A stretch of 64,000 nt of DNA from IMG/VR virus record IMGVR_UViG_3300046660_000716, positions 62,001 to 126,000 of that record; one strand, written 5' to 3'. This document shows positions 34,677 to 43,958 of this stretch, in pieces. The notes under the pieces were generated by a model. The model saw only the letters and a list, made by a program, of their open reading frames with translations. It searched no databases and was not told where the DNA came from. A program made the position numbers and the translations under genes. The first letter of the stretch is position 1. The number at the start of each line of letters is the position of its first letter.

Positions 34677-36761
34677 ATGGCAGGATCAGTAATCAAGGAC
34701 GCAGCACAGTTCGACGGCGGGCACAAGTTCCTCGCGGAGGAGCTGCTGCAGCCGATGTCGGACAAGTGCGACGTCGGCCGCACCAACATGTGGGCCGGCC
34801 ACTTCGTCCAGGCCGTGACGCTGGACCACCCGGAGCGCCCGCGCATCTTCAGTCGCTTCGAGGACGCCATCGGTGCGTACACCACCGCCGTGAAGGTGCT
34901 GCCGGCCGACGCCGAGATCGTGGCCGTGTTCCAGAAGAACGCCCTGCAGAGCGTGTACGCGATCCGCTACGCAGACGGGAAGATGGACGTGCACTTCGCC
35001 AAGCCGGTGCGCCACCTGACCGAGAACTACGGCTACACCCTGAGCAGCCACCTGGAGGGCCGCCAGGCCGGCGAGAAGCTCCCGTCCGGCTCCGTCATCC
35101 AGAGCTGGGCCTGCACGAACGAGGAGGGCAGCTTCCAGTTCGGCCAGAACCTGCGCACCGTGTACATGAACAAGGACGGCAAGACCTACGAGGACGGCTA
35201 CATCATCGGCGAGTCCGCGGCCGACAACATGTCGCACACCTCGGTCGAGGAAGTCACGGTCGTGCTCAACGCCAACGACCTGCTCGTCAACCACTACAGC
35301 GGGAACGAGGAGCACCAGGGCTTCCCGAACGTGGGCGAGAAGATCAAGAACGGCCTCATGTCCGTCCGCCGCCGGATCAACCACGAGTCGATCCTGTTCG
35401 ACCTGGCGGCGCAGCAGCTGGGCAAGATCCACTGGGACGCCGACCAGCCGTTCTACGTCGACGGCACGGTGGTGGACATCGACGTCTACTCGAACCTGTC
35501 GGCCGAGGAGCTGGACAAGCACCCGTTCAACAGCCAGATCCTGCAGTACCACAACAAGTGGCTGGAGTTCCGCGACTGGTTCACCGAGGTCTTCAGCGAG
35601 GTCACCCAGTCCGAGGGTCCGCGCATGTACTCCGACGACGTGGCCTACTGGTGGCGCCTGTGCCGCGACACCCGCACGGAGCGGTGGCGCCACGAGCGCC
35701 GCGAGTTCGACGGCGTGGTCATCCGCTTCACGGTGGCAAAGCGCAACCCGGTCAAGGCGGGCTCGAAGCTCACCAACCGCTTCGGCGGCAAGGGCGTCGT
35801 CTCGGAGGTCCGCCCGGACCACCTGATGCCGAAGACCAAGGACGGCGTCTACGCGCAGCTGATCGTCAACAGCCTGGGCGTGGTTAACCGCCTCAACCCG
35901 GCCCAGCTGTACGAGTCCGAGGTGAACTACATCGGAGAGTGCGTGGAAGCCCAGATGCGCGCGATGCCCGGCGTCGAGGCGGCCGCGACCCACTTCCTGA
36001 AGTTCCACTCGTTCGTCGACCCCGTGCACGGTGCGTTCCTGGCCGAGCAGCCCGAGCTGTACGATCTCGTGGGCGAGATCCTGCGCGGCGAGGAGCACAT
36101 CTACATCCACCAGCCGCCCTTCTTCGGCAACATCTCGCTGGATACGCTCGAGCTCACCTACAAGGAGTTCGGCGTCGAGAAGGTGTACTACGAGGGCCTG
36201 GAGGAGCCGCAGATCCCGGGCACCAACTACTACCTGAAGCTGCGCCACGAGCCGCTGTCGAAGATGTCCGCCCGCTCGGCCAAGCACCTGTCGATCAGCG
36301 GCGTCCCGACCAAGAACAGCCGGGGCGTGCGCGGCAGCACGGAGCACCACAGCACGACGCCTATCCGCCTGGGCGAGCAGGAGCTCCAGAACTTGCTGAT
36401 AGCCAACCAGCCGGACGAGCTGAAGCGCCTGCTGCGCCTGTACGCCACCGACGACCTGTCCCGCGAAGGGGCGATCGCCGAGCTGCTGGTGCGCCAGGAC
36501 GCGTTCTCGCACGAGCGCATCGAGCCGCGCGGCACGGGCATCACCCGCCCCGTCGCCGGCCTGAAGGCGCTGCTCGAGTCCATCGGGCTCAAGCTCCAGA
36601 CCACCGGCGAGATCGTGGACGAGTCCCTGGACGACGTCCCCCTGCCTACCACCTACGCCACATTGGAGATCGAAAATGAGCATGAAGAAACCGCAGCCAC
36701 CGAGGCCGCAATTGCCGTCGAAGAGCTCGACCCAGTCGACCCAGACGCCGAAGACGAGTGA
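34677..36761 (+). CDS. non-virion RNA polymerase beta C-terminal subunit (AR9 gp089 / phiKZ gp71-73-like)
   Basis: TYEDG, GSKLTNRFGGKGVVS, IVNSLGVVNRLNPAQLYE, YYLKLRHEP.SKMSARS, IRLGEQE. Confidence 0.9.
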   Translation: MAGSVIKDAAQFDGGHKFLAEELLQPMSDKCDVGRTNMWAGHFVQAVTLDHPERPRIFSRFEDAIGAYTTAVKVLPADAEIVAVFQKNALQSVYAIRYADGKMDVHFAKPVRHLTENYGYTLSSHLEGRQAGEKLPSGSVIQSWACTNEEGSFQFGQNLRTVYMNKDGKTYEDGYIIGESAADNMSHTSVEEVTVVLNANDLLVNHYSGNEEHQGFPNVGEKIKNGLMSVRRRINHESILFDLAAQQLGKIHWDADQPFYVDGTVVDIDVYSNLSAEELDKHPFNSQILQYHNKWLEFRDWFTEVFSEVTQSEGPRMYSDDVAYWWRLCRDTRTERWRHERREFDGVVIRFTVAKRNPVKAGSKLTNRFGGKGVVSEVRPDHLMPKTKDGVYAQLIVNSLGVVNRLNPAQLYESEVNYIGECVEAQMRAMPGVEAAATHFLKFHSFVDPVHGAFLAEQPELYDLVGEILRGEEHIYIHQPPFFGNISLDTLELTYKEFGVEKVYYEGLEEPQIPGTNYYLKLRHEPLSKMSARSAKHLSISGVPTKNSRGVRGSTEHHSTTPIRLGEQELQNLLIANQPDELKRLLRLYATDDLSREGAIAELLVRQDAFSHERIEPRGTGITRPVAGLKALLESIGLKLQTTGEIVDESLDDVPLPTTYATLEIENEHEETAATEAAIAVEELDPVDPDAEDE

Positions 36762-37407
36762 CCTCGTCCCGGCCGACGGCCTGCTGGAGTCCGGCTCGGA
36801 CAGCGCCCCGTCGATGCCCTCGGGCTCGTCGGACGGCCTGACCGAGGTGGCGTCGGAGCCGGAGACTCCGGCGGCCGAGGGGCTCACCGTGACCTCGGCC
36901 ACCGACGACTTCGACGGTGACGCCGGTGCGGCGATCGAGGTACCGCCCGGCGACCACCGCGAGTTCGAGAGCGAGGCGTTCGTGCCGCTGGTCGCCCCCG
37001 ACCCGCTGCCGTCCGCCCCGGTGGTCGGCGAGCCCGTGTCGCCGGTGTCCGAGGCGCTCCCGGACGGCGCGATGCCGTACCTGGGCGTCCTGGTCCAGGC
37101 CAACATGGTGGGTCGCTCCGGCTCCGGCCGGGTGGCCGGCCTGCCCGTGGTGATCCGCAGCACGGAGGCTGCTCCCCGCACCCTGGGGGTCCTGGTGCTG
37201 TCCGACCCGGGCACCACCATGGCCATCGAGCGCAAGCTCACGGAGGCGGGCTACGTCGGCCCGTTCGCCGTGTTCCTGCCCCACGAGCTGTCCCGCGAGC
37301 TGAAGCTGGCCGCGGCGAAGGCGATCGCTCCGCAGGCCCAGGAAGACGGGCTGGACCGCGCCGCGGCGCTGTCCGCGCTCGGCCACAGCTTCCAATCCCT
37401 CGCCTAG
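36676..37407 (+). CDS. hypothetical protein with a Pro/Ser/acidic disordered N-terminus
   Basis: 243 aa; overlaps the RNAP gene tail by 86 nt. Confidence 0.65.
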   Translation: MSMKKPQPPRPQLPSKSSTQSTQTPKTSDLVPADGLLESGSDSAPSMPSGSSDGLTEVASEPETPAAEGLTVTSATDDFDGDAGAAIEVPPGDHREFESEAFVPLVAPDPLPSAPVVGEPVSPVSEALPDGAMPYLGVLVQANMVGRSGSGRVAGLPVVIRSTEAAPRTLGVLVLSDPGTTMAIERKLTEAGYVGPFAVFLPHELSRELKLAAAKAIAPQAQEDGLDRAAALSALGHSFQSLA

Positions 37408-37410
37408 CGA

Positions 37411-37418
37411 GATATCAT
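37411..37418 (+). promoter_or_regulatory. GATATCAT motif
   Basis: Intergenic, directly followed by a hairpin. Confidence 0.55.
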
Positions 37419-37423
37419 TGACA

Positions 37424-37468
37424 TGGACGGATGAGCCCTTTGGCTCATCCGCCATTCCTTTACTTTTT
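37424..37468 (+). terminator. hairpin with a T-rich tail
   Basis: CGGATGAGCC-cttt-GGCTCATCCG then TTCCTTTACTTTTT. Confidence 0.6.
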
Positions 37469-37483
37469 CCCGAAGGACAGAAA

Positions 37484-37798
37484 ATGTCGATCGACAAGAA
37501 ATTCGATACGTTCGCAGAGACGCAGACCAAGGGGCCGCGCCTGCGCGGAGCCACCCGTGCGGTGATGATGGCCGTGCCGCCGCCCGGCCACACCTCGCCC
37601 ATCGAGGCCACGGTCCTGGAGGGCACCCCGGACCAGGCGTTCGCCGCCCTGCGCCACAAGTGCTTCAACCGCGGCGCAGTCGAGATCGTCAAGAGCATCG
37701 TGCACATGAGCTCCACGCCGAACAGCCTGGCCAACTTCGCGGTCATCATGGAGAGCGATGCCCGCATCCAGCTGTCCTTCATGAAGGCCGCCGCGTGA
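37484..37798 (+). CDS. hypothetical protein
   Basis: SD GAAGGA. Confidence 0.7.
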   Translation: MSIDKKFDTFAETQTKGPRLRGATRAVMMAVPPPGHTSPIEATVLEGTPDQAFAALRHKCFNRGAVEIVKSIVHMSSTPNSLANFAVIMESDARIQLSFMKAAA

Positions 37799-38112
37799 AA
37801 GTCGCTGGCAAGGCGATCGCCTTCGTGCAGATAGGCGAGCCGAACGGCAAGGAGATCCCGTATCTCCTCGAGGTGGTCAAGGAGACCCCGACGACGTATT
37901 TCACGGTCGAGGCGATCGCGCTCGGCCTGCGCGACCTGGCGCCCACCTACCGCGCGAAGCGCGTGGTGCGCTGGAGTAAGCTGGAGCGCCGCCGCAACGG
38001 CGACAACACGTCCGACCCCCATTTCAAGATCTGCCGCACGCTGTCCCGCCCCGAGGCAGACATGCTGCGCGGCAAAGTAGTGATTCTGACACAAGCAAAG
38101 GAAGCAGCATGA
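37795..38112 (+). CDS. hypothetical protein
   Basis: GTGA overlap. Confidence 0.65.
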   Translation: MKVAGKAIAFVQIGEPNGKEIPYLLEVVKETPTTYFTVEAIALGLRDLAPTYRAKRVVRWSKLERRRNGDNTSDPHFKICRTLSRPEADMLRGKVVILTQAKEAA

Positions 38113-38654
38113 ACGCAACTAAGAAGGAAGACAACCTGCGGGCCGTGGGCCACCATGAGACCGAGCAGGGCCGCACGCTCGACGCCGTGAACGGGTACTT
38201 CGGCCGCGGCGCCAAGAAGGTCATCGTGACCCTGCTTGATTCCGACCCGGCGAACGTCGAGTGGGACATCGTGGTCATTGGCCGCGAGAAGGACCTCGGC
38301 GGCATCATGGGCTACGCGGTCAATCCGAGCGAGTTCATCGTGGACTTCGAGCTGACTCCAAAGTTCGCGGACGGCAACGAGGTGTGGGTAGTATTCGGCC
38401 GGGGAACCCTGCGCTCCGGCACGATCATCGGTCGCCGCCAGACGCGATTCTCCGCCGAGAATACGGAATTCAACCGGACGGGCGTGCCGTCCCAGCAGGA
38501 AGAGTGGCTGGTACAGTGGATGTTCCCGCTGGACGAGAACCACGCCGGTGCGCAGAAGCCCGAGTGGATGCCGACACCTCGCTGCTTTCACACGGCTGAG
38601 GAGGCCGCGAGCAAGATGTGCATCAGCCTCTTCAGCTCCAAGGTGCAATCGTGA
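38109..38654 (+). CDS. hypothetical protein
   Basis: ATGA overlap. Confidence 0.75.
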   Translation: MNATKKEDNLRAVGHHETEQGRTLDAVNGYFGRGAKKVIVTLLDSDPANVEWDIVVIGREKDLGGIMGYAVNPSEFIVDFELTPKFADGNEVWVVFGRGTLRSGTIIGRRQTRFSAENTEFNRTGVPSQQEEWLVQWMFPLDENHAGAQKPEWMPTPRCFHTAEEAASKMCISLFSSKVQS

Positions 38655-39115
38655 TCGACCCGCGCCCCGTTCCCCCGAACGTCAACCCCGAGACCGGCGT
38701 GCGCTACGGCGCCGTCTCGGCCCGCCTGCTCTACGACGAGGTGATCGAGACCATCCAGAACGACGGTACCGACCTCACCCGCGCCGCCGAAGCGGCGGCG
38801 CTCCGCGCGGAGATCCAGACGAAGCGCCCGTACATCGGCGAGACCGAGCTGGCCAACGAGGTCTACTTCGCGCTGGAGGGCGAGTGCTACGACCAGCCCG
38901 AGCACCGCTACACTCGCCCCGACGGTCTCGACGTGCTGACGATGTGGCTGGGCGGTGCCATGCACGTCATGGTGCTGCGCTCGCCGCACTTCACGGCGAC
39001 CAACCTGTGCTCGCCCTGCATGCCGGGCGCGGGCAACCTGGACGAGGCACCCGTCAACGGCGGCCACCGCTGCTACGACGTGCCGCCGGACTGGTACCGC
39101 AAGGAGGTCGCATGA
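38651..39115 (+). CDS. conserved phage hypothetical protein (CSPCxPGAG motif)
   Basis: NVNPETGVRYG..LCSPCMPGAGNLD. Confidence 0.75.
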   Translation: MIDPRPVPPNVNPETGVRYGAVSARLLYDEVIETIQNDGTDLTRAAEAAALRAEIQTKRPYIGETELANEVYFALEGECYDQPEHRYTRPDGLDVLTMWLGGAMHVMVLRSPHFTATNLCSPCMPGAGNLDEAPVNGGHRCYDVPPDWYRKEVA

Positions 39116-39447
39116 GCATCCTCCTCCCGCAGGACGCACAGCAGAAGTCCGCCACCGCGGCGCACATGAAGCAGCTGAAGACGCTGGACAGAGTGCGCGC
39201 GAGCGATACGCTCACCAAGCACATAAACGCCGTCGGCGCCCTGGTCGAGCGCGCCGCGGCCGCCGGCGAGTACAGCGTCTGCTTCAATCTGGTGGAGTTC
39301 TTCGGTAACGAGCCGACGGCTCACAAAGGCGTGAGCTTGATAGACCCGATTCTGCGTGACCTGGGCTACAAGACCGACTTCACGTTCTCCAGCAACTACA
39401 TCAACGAGCGCATGACCGTATCGTGGTCAAAGAAAGGCAAGGAATGA
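39112..39447 (+). CDS. hypothetical protein
   Basis: SD AAGGAGG; ATGA overlap. Confidence 0.7.
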   Translation: MSILLPQDAQQKSATAAHMKQLKTLDRVRASDTLTKHINAVGALVERAAAAGEYSVCFNLVEFFGNEPTAHKGVSLIDPILRDLGYKTDFTFSSNYINERMTVSWSKKGKE

Positions 39448-39743
39448 GCGACGTCCCCAACATGTCCGGCACGCTGCTGGCGAACTACATCAAGCGCCTG
39501 AAGACCGCGCTCGACGACAAGGCCAAGGCCGAGTATCTGGCCGGCACCGGACGCGAGCCTATCGAGGGCACGGACCTGTACGCTGGTGCCTGGGTGTTCT
39601 TCCACAAGGGCGCCAGCGTGTTCGTCGACGACGCCCAATCGGTGAACGCCGACTGGATCATGCTCCACACGCCTTTCGCCAAGACGGGACGTATGACGGT
39701 TCCCCTCACCAACATCCGCGGCATCATATTTGACAGCGAGTAA
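39444..39743 (+). CDS. hypothetical protein
   Basis: ATGA overlap. Confidence 0.7.
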   Translation: MSDVPNMSGTLLANYIKRLKTALDDKAKAEYLAGTGREPIEGTDLYAGAWVFFHKGASVFVDDAQSVNADWIMLHTPFAKTGRMTVPLTNIRGIIFDSE

Positions 39744-39746
39744 TCC

Positions 39747-40499
39747 ATGACCGAATCAGCAGTATTCTCTCTCAGCGCGGCCGTCCAGGAGATAGCCAAC
39801 CGCACCGGGCGCATCATCACCGTAGAAACGGACGATGCCGTCGCCAGCTCGTTCGTTGCGTCGCCCCACCTGCCGGCGCCGACCATGAAGGTCGAGGACA
39901 TCCACGCAGCCCTCAAGCGCCACGCTCCGCATGCGATCATCTCGTGCAAGCTCCCGACCCACCGCCAGTCCCACGTCGAGCAGTTCATGCTCGACGTCGC
40001 CCACGACATCGGCAAGATCGGGCAGAAGTCGCTCGTTATCGAGGTCGACCCGCGGGCCGTCGTACGGCCCGTTCGCATGGCGAACGCCATCCCCTCGGCG
40101 GCGGACCTGGAGACCATGTGGTCGCCGAGCGGCGACGGCGAGCACCCCGGTTTTCCGCGCGAGGACTGGCGAGCCGCCGTGGCCAATGACGACACCATTC
40201 AGGGTTACTGGGACTGGCTGCACCACGAGCTGGCGAAAGAAGCCGACCTCAAGGTCGAGCAGGCACGCGAGCAGCACAACGGCTGCGACGTCTACGTCCA
40301 GTTCGAAATGCCGTCCGACCAGGACATGCAGAAGCTCGGCCCGTTCGCCTACGCCCAGATCACCTACGGCGAGCTCCGCGTCGAGCTGCCGGACGGCACC
40401 ATGGTGGACGACCTCGCTGTCCTGGACAAGGAGAGCGGCATGTGGCGCGAGTCGGCCACGGGCAAACTGTGGACCGACATCGTCATCTTCACCGACTAA
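39747..40499 (+). CDS. hypothetical protein
   Basis: 250 aa; EHP.F.REDW..V.NDDT..GYW.W motif. Confidence 0.75.
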   Translation: MTESAVFSLSAAVQEIANRTGRIITVETDDAVASSFVASPHLPAPTMKVEDIHAALKRHAPHAIISCKLPTHRQSHVEQFMLDVAHDIGKIGQKSLVIEVDPRAVVRPVRMANAIPSAADLETMWSPSGDGEHPGFPREDWRAAVANDDTIQGYWDWLHHELAKEADLKVEQAREQHNGCDVYVQFEMPSDQDMQKLGPFAYAQITYGELRVELPDGTMVDDLAVLDKESGMWRESATGKLWTDIVIFTD

Positions 40500-40511
40500 G
40501 GAGCAACCGAT

Positions 40512-41012
40512 ATGGGCAACGCCCACCAGAAGAAAATCCTCGGCATCGTCACCCAGGCGATCGTCGACAACGGGCTGGACCCGGTGCACCGTGGCAAGTT
40601 CTCCAACATGGGCGCGATCGGAATCCAGCTTTCGACCAAGCCGGTGGACATCGCGCTGGTCAACTACGATTTCCAGAGCGACACGATGACGCTCTCGATC
40701 TACGTCAAGAACGCCGCCGGCGCCATGGTCGGCGTCCAGAGCCAGCCGCCGCGTCAGAACTACTTCGACTTCTACATGAAGTACGAGGACGAGCGCGGCT
40801 ACGACCGCTTCTACACCGCGCTGATGCAGGAGCTGAAGAAGCTGAAGCCAAAGCAGCCCAAGGGCGTGCAGGCGGCACCGCCTCCCCCGGTCGAGGCCGA
40901 GGGCCTGGTGCGCGACCTGGTCAAGGCGCTGGACGACTCCTCGCCGCTCTGGCGGGCCGCCCTGCCCGTCCTCCTGGACCGCGTCGAACGCTTCCTCGCG
41001 CCGAAAAAGTAA
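40512..41012 (+). CDS. hypothetical protein
   Basis: SD TAAGGAG. Confidence 0.8.
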   Translation: MGNAHQKKILGIVTQAIVDNGLDPVHRGKFSNMGAIGIQLSTKPVDIALVNYDFQSDTMTLSIYVKNAAGAMVGVQSQPPRQNYFDFYMKYEDERGYDRFYTALMQELKKLKPKQPKGVQAAPPPPVEAEGLVRDLVKALDDSSPLWRAALPVLLDRVERFLAPKK

Positions 41013-41057
41013 ACGCTCGCAACAAGCGATGTGTTCGATCAACAACGGAGAAACTTC

Positions 41058-41336
41058 ATGACCCGCAATACCCAAGTCAGTATCAGCACGGAACTCCCCA
41101 ACGCGCCCATCCGCGACTCCCTTCAGCCTGGCGACGTATTCGTCTACGCGCACCGCCGCAACGATCTGCGCCTGGTGCCGAACGTGTCGTTCTCCAGCAT
41201 GGGCCAGCACCTCGTCGGCAAGGACGTCATCCTGAGCGGCGAGCACGCCGGCATGACCGACGACTCGACGCCAAGCGCGCAGGTCATCGCCATGGACATC
41301 GTTGCGTCCCCATCCTCGACGGCGGTGCCGGCATGA
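41058..41336 (+). CDS. hypothetical protein
   Basis: SD GGAG; coupled to the ligase gene. Confidence 0.65.
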   Translation: MTRNTQVSISTELPNAPIRDSLQPGDVFVYAHRRNDLRLVPNVSFSSMGQHLVGKDVILSGEHAGMTDDSTPSAQVIAMDIVASPSSTAVPA

Positions 41337-43528
41337 GCACCAAGACCGCGTACCACGCCGTCCTCGCGGCGGTCCAGGCCGGCAACCTGGAGCTCTCCCA
41401 GCGCCTGCTGAAGGAGCACAACGATGCGTACTACGAGAACGGCTCGTCCGCCATGACGGACCCCGAGTTCGACCACGCGTGCAAGATCTACACCGGTCGC
41501 TTCGGTCTGGTTTTCAAGACCGGTTCCGTCGCGCAGAAGGCGCAGGTCGAGGGTCACAGTCGCCACGCCGTGCACGCGCACGAGTGGCCTCTGCTGTCCG
41601 GCTGGCTGGCCAAGGCCGACGGTCCCGCAGAGATGGCCGCGTGGCTGACCAAACGCGTGCGCTCCGGCGCCAACATGATCGGCAGCCCGAAGTGGGATGG
41701 CATGAGCCTGGTCTTCACCTACAGCCAGTTCGGCATCGTCAAGCGCGTGCTGACGCGCGGTGAGGACGGCAAGGGCGTGGACGTCACCCGCCACTTCAGG
41801 GACGAGTCGCACTTCGGCGGCTACGACTTCGGCGTCGCGAAGTTCGGCGTCAAGTACGAGGCCGTGCTGTCCTGGACCGACCTCGAGCGCATGAACGAGG
41901 ACCTGGGCGGCGAGTACAAGAACCCGCGCAATACCATCGCCGGCATCATCGCCAAGGACGACAGCTCCGAGCGCCGCCAGTACGTCACGCTGGTGCCGTT
42001 GGAGATCGAGTGGAAGGACATGACCGACGACCGCGTCGAGCGTCTGACCTTCATGCAGCAGCTGTTCGCCGGCACCGAGCAGACCACGGATGAGGATACC
42101 GGGTTGGTAACTCCTGCAGCCGGACCGATCTTCAACGACGGCCACAACGCCGCACCGTTCTTCTGGTGGGGCACTGGCGATGCCGAAGCGTTCAGCGCGT
42201 GCTCGGACATCTACCAGACCGTCCACGACATGCGCGACACCTGCGACTACATGCTCGACGGCACGGTCATCGAGTTCGCCGAGGACCAGGACGTCGAGCG
42301 TCTGGGCGGCCTGGAGAACGACTGCCCGGACTACGCCCTGGCCGTCAAGTTCCCGAGCATGGTCGGCCGCACGTTCGCGCGCACGATCGACTTCGACACG
42401 GGCAACACCGGCCGGCGCACGCCGTGCGTCAACTACGACCCGATCACGCTCGACGGACGCACATTCAGCCGAACGTCACTCGCGAACATGACACGGTTTG
42501 ATCAGTTAAAGCTCGCCCCGGGAACACCAATCTTAGTCGAAATCCGTGGTGACATCATCGGCTGGGTGGACCGCGACGGGGACGACCCGGCCGGCGCCGT
42601 GCCGTTCGTCGAGCCGGAAGGCATGACGTACACGTACAACCGCAAGCTGGGCTACCGGGTCTTCGCCTACAGCGAGGCCCCGCTGGAGGGCCGCGTCGAG
42701 CGGATGGTCATCAAGTGCGGCATCAAGGGCCTGCGCATTGAGACTGCCCGCAAGCTCGTCGAGGCCGGTGTCGTGACGAAGCTGTCGGACATGTGGGACC
42801 TCGAGCCCAAGTTCGCGCAGATCGCCTCGATCCCCGGCATGGGCGAGGGCTCGGCCAACATCGTGCTGGACGCCATCGACCGCGTCCGCCGCGACGGCCT
42901 GTGGGACTGGCAGATCCTCGCCAGCATCGGGATCAACAACGTGGGCCGCACGCTGTCCAAGGAGGCGCTGAAGGTGCGCACCCTGGAGGAGCTGCTGGCC
43001 GCCACGGCCCCGTTCCCGCTCAGCGAGGCATCGATGCTGGAGAGCCGCGCCATCCTCATCGCAGAAGCGACTCAGGACCTTGTGGCTATACTCGGTAAGG
43101 AGCGCGGACCGATGGTGATGGAGGGCGTGGAGCGGTGCTGGTCGGACCTGTCTGACCTCATGCACGCCAACCTGCCCAAGGTGAACGTCACCAAGACGGC
43201 GATGCTTGCCGCCACCACAGGACAGAAGTACAAGGTCGTCGTAACCGGCGATCTCACGCACTGGGACCGAGACGTCTTCCGGGACTACATCGAGACCCTC
43301 GGCCACAAGATGGTCGGCTCGATGAGCAGAAAGGTCGACCTGCTCATCACCAACACCCCGAAGTCGGGGACGAAGAAGAACAAGGAGGCGCAAGCCCTCG
43401 AGATCCGCATCGTCACCGAGCAGGAGGCCATCGAAATCATGGGCCTGACCCCTCCCGCCGCGAAGGCGGGTTACGTTCCGGGCGCACCGGAAGCAGGAGT
43501 GCGCGAAGGCTCGCTCGACGAGCTGTGA
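41333..43528 (+). CDS. ligA: NAD-dependent DNA ligase
   Basis: HNDAYY..D.EFD, SPKWDG (KxDG), NPRN..AG, LDG.VI, AVKFP, G.TG..TP, HhH repeats, BRCT VVVTG..KVDLLI..K.KEA. True start is 41333. Confidence 0.95.
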   Translation: MSTKTAYHAVLAAVQAGNLELSQRLLKEHNDAYYENGSSAMTDPEFDHACKIYTGRFGLVFKTGSVAQKAQVEGHSRHAVHAHEWPLLSGWLAKADGPAEMAAWLTKRVRSGANMIGSPKWDGMSLVFTYSQFGIVKRVLTRGEDGKGVDVTRHFRDESHFGGYDFGVAKFGVKYEAVLSWTDLERMNEDLGGEYKNPRNTIAGIIAKDDSSERRQYVTLVPLEIEWKDMTDDRVERLTFMQQLFAGTEQTTDEDTGLVTPAAGPIFNDGHNAAPFFWWGTGDAEAFSACSDIYQTVHDMRDTCDYMLDGTVIEFAEDQDVERLGGLENDCPDYALAVKFPSMVGRTFARTIDFDTGNTGRRTPCVNYDPITLDGRTFSRTSLANMTRFDQLKLAPGTPILVEIRGDIIGWVDRDGDDPAGAVPFVEPEGMTYTYNRKLGYRVFAYSEAPLEGRVERMVIKCGIKGLRIETARKLVEAGVVTKLSDMWDLEPKFAQIASIPGMGEGSANIVLDAIDRVRRDGLWDWQILASIGINNVGRTLSKEALKVRTLEELLAATAPFPLSEASMLESRAILIAEATQDLVAILGKERGPMVMEGVERCWSDLSDLMHANLPKVNVTKTAMLAATTGQKYKVVVTGDLTHWDRDVFRDYIETLGHKMVGSMSRKVDLLITNTPKSGTKKNKEAQALEIRIVTEQEAIEIMGLTPPAAKAGYVPGAPEAGVREGSLDEL

Positions 43529-43576
43529 CCGCCGCAACCGCAACACCATCCCAACTCACACAAGAGGAATACAGCA

Positions 43577-43894
43577 ATGGCAAATGCAGCTAGCAACCCG
43601 ATCATGAACAAAGACGCCATCATCACCGCGATGGCCGCCAAGACCGGCACCACCAAGGCCGAGTCCGAGCGTCACTTCAGCGCCCTGCTGGACTCCGTGA
43701 CCGAGGGCCTGAAGGCCGGCAACGACGTGCGCCTGGTCGGCGTCGGCACCCTGAAGACCAAGATGGTCGCCGCGCGCGCCGGTCGCAACGTGCGCACCCA
43801 GGAGTCCATCCAGATCCCGGCGCACACCGAAGTCAAGTTCAGCGTGTCGGCCGAGCTGAAGGCCGCCGTCCGCGGCGAAGAAGCGGCAGCGTAA
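43577..43894 (+). CDS. hup: HU-family histone-like DNA-binding protein
   Basis: MNK..II..A..TG.TK..G.DV.L.G.GT..AR.GRN..T.E.I.IPA..VKF..LK.AV. Confidence 0.9.
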   Translation: MANAASNPIMNKDAIITAMAAKTGTTKAESERHFSALLDSVTEGLKAGNDVRLVGVGTLKTKMVAARAGRNVRTQESIQIPAHTEVKFSVSAELKAAVRGEEAAA

Positions 43895-43914
43895 GCGCCA
43901 TGCAGTGAGGAGGC

Positions 43915-43946
43915 CCATCCCCGCGGGGATGGGCTTTCGTTTTTTG
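43915..43946 (+). terminator. intrinsic terminator
   Basis: 22-bp palindrome GCCCATCCCCGCGGGGATGGGC plus TTTCGTTTTTT. Confidence 0.8.
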
Positions 43947-43958
43947 CAGGAGGTAGAG

